Virus record (IMG/VR): IMGVR_UViG_3300017724_000001
Length of the DNA: 64,000 bases
Origin: an uncultured virus (IMG/VR IMGVR_UViG_3300017724_000001)
Taxonomy: Duplodnaviria; Heunggongvirae; Uroviricota; Caudoviricetes; Crassvirales
Strand: one strand, 5' to 3'
Each line of letters begins with the position of its first letter. Position 1 is the stretch's first letter. The notes beneath the pieces were generated by a model. The model ran no database searches and had not been told where the DNA came from. It was given only the letters and a program-made list of their open reading frames with translations. A program made the translations under genes and the position numbers. Positions 59,208 through 64,000 of this stretch are shown here, in pieces.

Positions 59208-60150
59208 ATGGCTGTCCTATGAATACTCATAGTTAGGAATAAGTCATTTGATTATTAGGTGAGACCAACACCTACCAACATACTCATTGGTTGATTAGAC
59301 ACTATAGGTAATTAACCTACTTCACTTCATGTGTGTCACACTAGTCTAGAATTACCTAGACACGTATCTTTATATTGTTCTTGAGTTAAAAATAAAGAGC
59401 CTGATTACCTCTTAACGACCGTTTACCCGGTTGACGGTGACTGTTACATATTCAACAGACAAGTCAAATACACGGTTTCAGGTTGTCAAACCTTACAGGT
59501 ACATTGACCCTAACGTATACGAGGTTAAGCTGACAAACTACTCCTCTTGGTGTACAAAGTGACACCCAACACTCCCGTTGCCACGGGTTTAAAAGATATA
59601 ACTAATAGAGATATTCACTCCGCTATTTACCTCCATCCATGCGGTAGGATTATTAGTTATTATGATAAAGCTAATAACCATAACCTGTAGTCTTATTGGT
59701 ATTGTTGATCCACATTCCTCTAGTTATGGTATTAGCATATTGAGTTTAGATTACTGTAAGTTCTCTCTTACGCCAGCAACTCACTGGATTAGACCAACCA
59801 TGTTTATACAGGAATTTATCTATGTGCCTGTTTTAATATTGCGGGTAATATGACTCTTATCCTATAGAGGAAGAGACAAAGACTACCCTTGTTATATTGT
59901 TGAGTGTAATAGTTACGCTTGTAGCTACGTTAGCTATATTTATATTATTAGTAACACTCATAGTTACAAGAGTGGTAAAAGGTGGTATTTTGTGGGTATA
60001 AGACCTCACATTCAGAGTGACACACACAAAAAAAATAAAATTACCACACTTTTATAACTTAATTCAATTGTTTTTGACTCTATGTAACAATAGTTAGTAG
60101 TTATTGCTTGAGAGTAGTAACATTCTGTACTAATTCTATTTTTATAAGTG
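59172..60150 (-). ncRNA. Candidate structured non-coding RNA(s), family unknown
   Basis: About 1 kb without a credible ORF, dense in hairpins, bounded by a conserved motif upstream and a terminator downstream. Confidence 0.4.
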
Positions 60151-60188
60151 CTAAACATAGTTTGGGAGCAGACGTGCTGAAAAGCACG
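60150..60188. promoter_or_regulatory. Conserved motif plus GAAA hairpin, copy 1 (candidate virion-RNAP promoter)
   Basis: GCTAAACATAGTTTGGGAGCAGA-CGTGCT-GAAA-AGCACG. Confidence 0.55.
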
Positions 60189-60214
60189 CCCACCCACAAG
60201 CTACTATGTTACAA

Positions 60215-60676
60215 TTACGCATCTACAGTTTCCTGCTTAAACGCATTCAAGCTCTCTACAGCTACAGTAGAGTTGTTAGCCTCTCTTATCTCAGCACCAT
60301 TGGTGTGCTGAATAAAAGTAGACTGAGCATTAAGGTCTGAGGTAAACTCTGTAGTTCTGTAAATAGGTTTATCCCCTTTCATACATACTATCTTTGAGTC
60401 TCCGGCATACTTTAATTTGTATGTCAAATCCTTATCATTGAATGGCTCAAGTTGCTCACGCACAATAATCTTACCTGTCAATGGTTTTGAGTGGTCCATA
60501 GACTCAAGCAAAGCTATTGGGCCTAATACTAATGCTGACAAAGATTTATCTGCATACCAACCATTTCTAAGTTCAACGGCCTTTTGTTCATAGATTACAA
60601 AGCCTATATCTTTGTTCTTTGTTTTACTGATGAATGTTCCGTCTTCATTCTTGCGTACTGTTACTAAATTGTTCAT
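60215..60676 (-). CDS. Hypothetical protein, first gene of the minus-strand block (paralogue of 56482..57096)
   Basis: Clear motif-level similarity to 56482..57096, but without the acidic tail. Confidence 0.7.
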   Translation of the reverse strand: MNNLVTVRKNEDGTFISKTKNKDIGFVIYEQKAVELRNGWYADKSLSALVLGPIALLESMDHSKPLTGKIIVREQLEPFNDKDLTYKLKYAGDSKIVCMKGDKPIYRTTEFTSDLNAQSTFIQHTNGAEIREANNSTVAVESLNAFKQETVDA

Positions 60677-60751
60677 AATGAAATTATTTAATTATTAAAT
60701 TGATTACAATAGTGATAAGGCTATTGCTGAAAAGGTTAAACGGCTTATCCC

Positions 60752-60790
60752 GCTATATATAGTTTGGGAGCAGAGGCATTGAAAAATGCC
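60752..60790. promoter_or_regulatory. Conserved motif plus GAAA hairpin, copy 2
   Basis: GCTATATATAGTTTGGGAGCAGA-GGCATT-GAAA-AATGCC. Confidence 0.55.
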
Positions 60791-61010
60791 GTATATGCAC
60801 ACAGTGAGTCCATCATATATATACTACTGATGAATACAAACAAATCAATGATGTATTGATATTCAGTAGATACCTGACGTAGACACAGTAGCACTACACT
60901 ACTCCGCTTTGCTACCACACAATAGTCATACATTCTTTTTTTTTGTACAACTTTATGCAGTTAGCAAGTGCAGTTAGAGTTCCTATGCAAACATAGGGGG
61001 TACCCGCACT

Positions 61011-61033
61011 GCAAAATTTAGTTGGGGAGCAGA
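61011..61033. promoter_or_regulatory. Conserved motif, copy 3 (no intact adjacent hairpin)
   Basis: GCAAAATTTAGTTGGGGAGCAGA matches copy 1 at 19 of 23 positions. Confidence 0.45.
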
Positions 61034-61193
61034 TCCTATATACCTCTTGAAAGTGCCAAACACACAATTTTTTGGTGGGGCGTAGGGACAATTTTACAGT
61101 AGACGGGGGGATGTTGTGGCTCAAAAATTTTTATAGGACGGGGAATTTTAGTATATTGTTTTTATAGAAGAGTTACTCACTAAACAAAATACT

Positions 61194-61517
61194 ATGGCTG
61201 ATTGGGATGATAACGGGGAAAAAGAAACTGGTGGTTTATCTGACATACAGCAAATGCAGTTAGATGCTATTATATTAGACACAGCATACAACAATGCATG
61301 GATGTTACTGACCGGGGAAATTACTTTTGAAGAATTAATATCAACTCAATTTAGTGAGGGAAAAGAGTTAGTGATGGCTTATGATCCAGACAATGGACCG
61401 AAACTTGAAGAATTAGAAAATATGATAGCGTACTTCGTAGAAGAAGAAGACTATGAGAAGTGTGCTGCATTAAGGGATATAATGTTTAAAGCGTATCCGG
61501 AAACTTATGAAGCTTAG
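61194..61517 (+). CDS. Acidic protein with UVR (UvrB/UvrC)-like motif
   Basis: LENMIAYFVEEEDYEKCAALRD. Confidence 0.65.
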   Translation: MADWDDNGEKETGGLSDIQQMQLDAIILDTAYNNAWMLLTGEITFEELISTQFSEGKELVMAYDPDNGPKLEELENMIAYFVEEEDYEKCAALRDIMFKAYPETYEA

Positions 61518-61522
61518 AAATT

Positions 61523-61732
61523 ATGGCATTAAAAAGAAAAACAACTAAAAAGAAAAAAAGTACCGTAAATAGTTCAGGGAATTATACTAAACCGGGAATG
61601 CGTAAAAGATTATTTAATTCTATCAAGGCTGGTAGTAAGGGTGGTGCACCTGGTCAGTGGTCTGCACGTAAAGCACAAATGCTTGCTAAACGTTACAAAG
61701 CTAACGGTGGTGGATACAAATCCAAGAAATGA
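61523..61732 (+). CDS. Basic protein resembling the N-terminal half of DUF5872-like proteins
   Basis: YTKPGMRKRL...IKAGSKGGAPGQWSARKAQMLAKRYKANGGGY. Confidence 0.7.
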   Translation: MALKRKTTKKKKSTVNSSGNYTKPGMRKRLFNSIKAGSKGGAPGQWSARKAQMLAKRYKANGGGYKSKK

Positions 61733-61950
61733 TGAAAGACCTAACCCTAAATATTGGTAATATAATCTGGATCATAGGTATTATATTCACAATGGGTATA
61801 GCATATAGCCAAATAGCACAATTATCAGATGATATGGTTGTACTAGAAGCTAGGCTAGAAAAAAAAATAAAAATAATCAATGAATCGGAAGATAGGATTG
61901 TAGAATTAGAGAAAGAAATTATTAGGCTACAAGAATCAAGATGTAAGTAA
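61729..61950 (+). CDS. Small TM plus coiled-coil protein
   Basis: One hydrophobic helix followed by a heptad-like segment. Confidence 0.6.
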   Translation: MMKDLTLNIGNIIWIIGIIFTMGIAYSQIAQLSDDMVVLEARLEKKIKIINESEDRIVELEKEIIRLQESRCK

Positions 61951-62192
61951 TGGCAAAGACTAAACAACAAAAAAGTCTAACTAGATGGACTAAGCAGAAA
62001 TGGAGAACGGCAAGCGGAAAGAAATCTTCCGAAACCGGAGAGGTATATGCACCTTCTAGAACTATATCTAAACTTAAGAGTACTAAGAAAGGTAAAAAGA
62101 AATTGGCTGCAGCTAATGCAAAGAAACGTGCTGCTACCAAGAAAGGTAAACAACACGCAAGTCACGGTTTGCATAAAGGAAAGAAAAGATAA
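61950..62192 (+). CDS. Basic protein resembling the C-terminal half of DUF5872-like proteins
   Basis: QKSLTRWTKQKWRT...GEVYAP...KKRAATKKGKQH. Confidence 0.65.
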   Translation: MAKTKQQKSLTRWTKQKWRTASGKKSSETGEVYAPSRTISKLKSTKKGKKKLAAANAKKRAATKKGKQHASHGLHKGKKR

Positions 62193-62485
62193 TGGCAGTT
62201 AAGAAAAAAGATAGTAGATTAGCTAAAGCTGGTGTATCAGGATATAACAAGCCTAAACGTACACCTGGACACCCTAAGAAGTCCCATATTGTTGTAGCCA
62301 AAGAAGGAGATAAGATTAAGACTATACGTTTTGGACAAAAAGGTGCAAAGACTGCTGGTAAACCAAAAGCAGGTGAGTCAGCTAAAATGAAAGCTAAACG
62401 TAAGAGTTTTAAGGCTAGGCATGGCAAAAACATAAAGAAAGGCAAAATGTCTGCTGCTTATTGGGCAGACAAAGTTAAATGGTAG
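62192..62485 (+). CDS. Small highly basic phage protein
   Basis: KSHIVVAK...KTIRFGQ...RKSFKARH...SAAYWA. Confidence 0.7.
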   Translation: MAVKKKDSRLAKAGVSGYNKPKRTPGHPKKSHIVVAKEGDKIKTIRFGQKGAKTAGKPKAGESAKMKAKRKSFKARHGKNIKKGKMSAAYWADKVKW

Positions 62486-62488
62486 GAT

Positions 62489-62704
62489 ATGACAGCAGCA
62501 CAGTTAAGAGAATTGGGATTTACCAAAATGGGTCATCATGAAGATGATGATTGGCCAGAAGGATATTTCTACTTTAGTATTGAGTTTGGAGATATGCTAT
62601 TTCATACCGGGGGTAATGATGAAGCTGAAGAAGATGGGGGATGGTATATTCAAGATCCTACAATGACTATTAAAATATGGCAATATTCGGAAGCTAAAAT
62701 GTAA
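62489..62704 (+). CDS. Small acidic hypothetical protein
   Basis: ORF track; possibly truncated by a 1-nt deletion at its end. Confidence 0.5.
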   Translation: MTAAQLRELGFTKMGHHEDDDWPEGYFYFSIEFGDMLFHTGGNDEAEEDGGWYIQDPTMTIKIWQYSEAKM

Positions 62705-62774
62705 TTGACGTACTTAGACGTAATACGGTTTCTAAAATAAGTATCTAAACTTTTTTTATTTAAACTATTTTTTA

Positions 62775-62782
62775 TACATTTG
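62775..62782 (+). promoter_or_regulatory. Bacteroidota-type -7 element preceded by tandem TAAACT boxes
   Basis: TAAACT...TAAACT...TACATTTG upstream of 62811. Confidence 0.5.
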
Positions 62783-62810
62783 TTTTTATTAACTTATAAA
62801 AAATAGTAAA

Positions 62811-63122
62811 ATGTCAGATTCAAAAACCAATTCAAATATTCAAGACAAAGATCCAAAAATGTCTAAAGAAGAAATGTCAGCACGTAGAGATGAAATTACT
62901 CAATTCTACAATGATAATATTCCACACTTGGAAGTTCAAGCAGATTATGAAACGTTATTAGCTACTATAGAAAAGGCTAGAGCAGAGCGTATGCAAGCCC
63001 AAATGTTTATGGCACAGCAATATGCTGCTCAAAAAGGTGAAGGTGCACCAGATCTTAATACAGAAGAAGGTAAAGCTTTTCAAGAAGCAATGGTAAAAGC
63101 TATGCAAGATGAAACAGCTTAA
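62811..63122 (+). CDS. Helical coiled-coil hypothetical protein
   Basis: ORF track. Confidence 0.65.
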   Translation: MSDSKTNSNIQDKDPKMSKEEMSARRDEITQFYNDNIPHLEVQADYETLLATIEKARAERMQAQMFMAQQYAAQKGEGAPDLNTEEGKAFQEAMVKAMQDETA

Positions 63123-64000
63123 GAGAGGTGATAGAGGCTCAGATGTTAAAACACTACAGACAGCATTAGGGCTTACCGTAGATGGGGTCTTTGGACCCTT
63201 GACAGAAAAAGCTGTAGAAAGATTCCAATTAGATAAGGACTTAATGGTTACAGGAGTTGTAGACTCTAATACATGGACATTAATTCTAAATATGGAATAT
63301 ACTGTTACAGAAGCAATTGACGAAGATACAGATGCTTCATCTCAGTATTTTAAAACAAACTATGATCAAATAATTCATAGACATCACTTACCAAAAGGAG
63401 AATACCTTAAGGGACCTATACAAAATGAATATATATTTTTACATCATACAGCAGGTAATGCTAATCCATATAGATGTATTGATCATTGGGGTAGGGATAC
63501 TAGAGGAAGAGTTGCCACTGAATTTGTTTTAGGAGGTATCAATCACAGAAATGGTGATGATGAGTTTGATGGTGTTATGGTACAAGCTTTTCCTGAAGGA
63601 TGTCAAGGATGGCATTTGGGTAGGACAGGTTCAGGATTTATGAACCGTCACTCTGTAGCATTAGAAATATGCAGCATGGGTTATTTAGATAAAAATCATT
63701 TAACTTATGTTGGGTCTAAATGTACACCAGATCAAGTTGTTACTCTTGATGAACCATTTAAAGGCAAGCTATATTGGCATACATATTCAGAAGCACAAAT
63801 TAAAGAAACAGAAAAGTGGATTAAATATGTTGCTGATAGAGATAATATAGATGTAAGATTAGGACTACAACAATTTATTAAAAAGTATGGTCCAACAAAA
63901 GGCTTTGATTTTCAACAAGATGCATTCTATGGAAAAATAAAAGGTTTATTAACACACACCAATGTTAGGAAAGGTAAAATGGATTGTTATCCTCATCCTG
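63109..64000 (+). CDS. Endolysin: peptidoglycan-binding domain plus N-acetylmuramoyl-L-alanine amidase (3' truncated), not in ORF track
   Basis: Translated by eye: MKQLKRGDRGSDVKTLQTALGLTVDGVFGPLTEKAVERFQ (PG-binding), then YIFLHHTAG, WHLG, LEI and LLTHTNVRKGKMDCYP (Zn amidase ligands). Confidence 0.9.
   Translation, partial: MKQLKRGDRGSDVKTLQTALGLTVDGVFGPLTEKAVERFQLDKDLMVTGVVDSNTWTLILNMEYTVTEAIDEDTDASSQYFKTNYDQIIHRHHLPKGEYLKGPIQNEYIFLHHTAGNANPYRCIDHWGRDTRGRVATEFVLGGINHRNGDDEFDGVMVQAFPEGCQGWHLGRTGSGFMNRHSVALEICSMGYLDKNHLTYVGSKCTPDQVVTLDEPFKGKLYWHTYSEAQIKETEKWIKYVADRDNIDVRLGLQQFIKKYGPTKGFDFQQDAFYGKIKGLLTHTNVRKGKMDCYPHP

Noticed and set aside
60824..60870. Hammerhead ribozyme suggested by CTGATGA followed by a stem
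   Set aside because: The required GAAA after stem II is absent (TGATA), and the CTGA is itself paired in a CTACTGA/TCAGTAG stem.
60150..61033. CRISPR-like repeats or host -7 promoter for the three-copy motif
   Set aside because: Spacing is hundreds of bases with a gene in between, and ATAGTTTG does not fit TAnnTTTG.
59662..61124. Short tracked ORFs 59662+, 60012-, 60108+, 60745-, 60912-
   Set aside because: No recognisable motifs, atypical composition, and they overlap the conserved structural elements.
62695..62750. Programmed frameshift at the end of ORF 62489
   Set aside because: Adding one T would extend the protein plausibly (LIDVLRRNTVSK), but there is no slippery site, so a sequencing error or simple mutation is more likely.
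1..64000. Stop-codon reassignment (TAG or TGA), known in some crAss-like phages
   Set aside because: Very long ORFs are intact under the standard code, TAG and TGA end several well-packed genes, and no suppressor tRNA is present in the window.
1..64000. Diversity-generating retroelement, retron or integrase
   Set aside because: No reverse transcriptase or recombinase motifs, and no adenine-variable repeat pair was seen.

Overview
This 64-kb AT-rich window is part of a crAss-like (Crassvirales-type) dsDNA phage genome read in the standard genetic code. The host is most likely a Bacteroidota/Flavobacteriia bacterium, judged from several TAnnTTTG host-type promoter elements. Positions 1-24.1 kb (+) encode giant virion cargo/ejection proteins, including a 4607-aa protein with a zincin motif and the DFDID catalytic loop of crAss-type virion RNA polymerases. 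Positions 24.2-33.8 kb hold holins, class I ribonucleotide reductase (minus strand), small basic proteins and two fibre-like proteins. Positions 33.8-60.7 kb (mostly minus strand) form the replication/early module: DUF5664, a spore-photoproduct-lyase-like radical SAM enzyme, MazG-like protein, family B DNA polymerase, PD-(D/E)xK nuclease, a MoxR-vWA-BRCT-like cluster, primase, DnaB, a DnaA-like HTH protein, UDG, an SF2 helicase and three tRNAs. Positions 59.2-61.2 kb are largely non-coding and structured at the strand switch, and 61.2-64 kb (+) encodes small basic proteins and a truncated endolysin. The most notable observations are (1) a three-copy conserved motif, twice followed by a covarying GAAA hairpin, that may be a virion-RNAP promoter, (2) a ~1-kb structured non-coding stretch between that motif and a terminator, (3) a phage-encoded SPL-like repair enzyme with an atypical CX3CX4C motif, and (4) protease/nuclease domains embedded in putative ejected proteins. 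All assignments come from motif recognition by eye; no searches were run.
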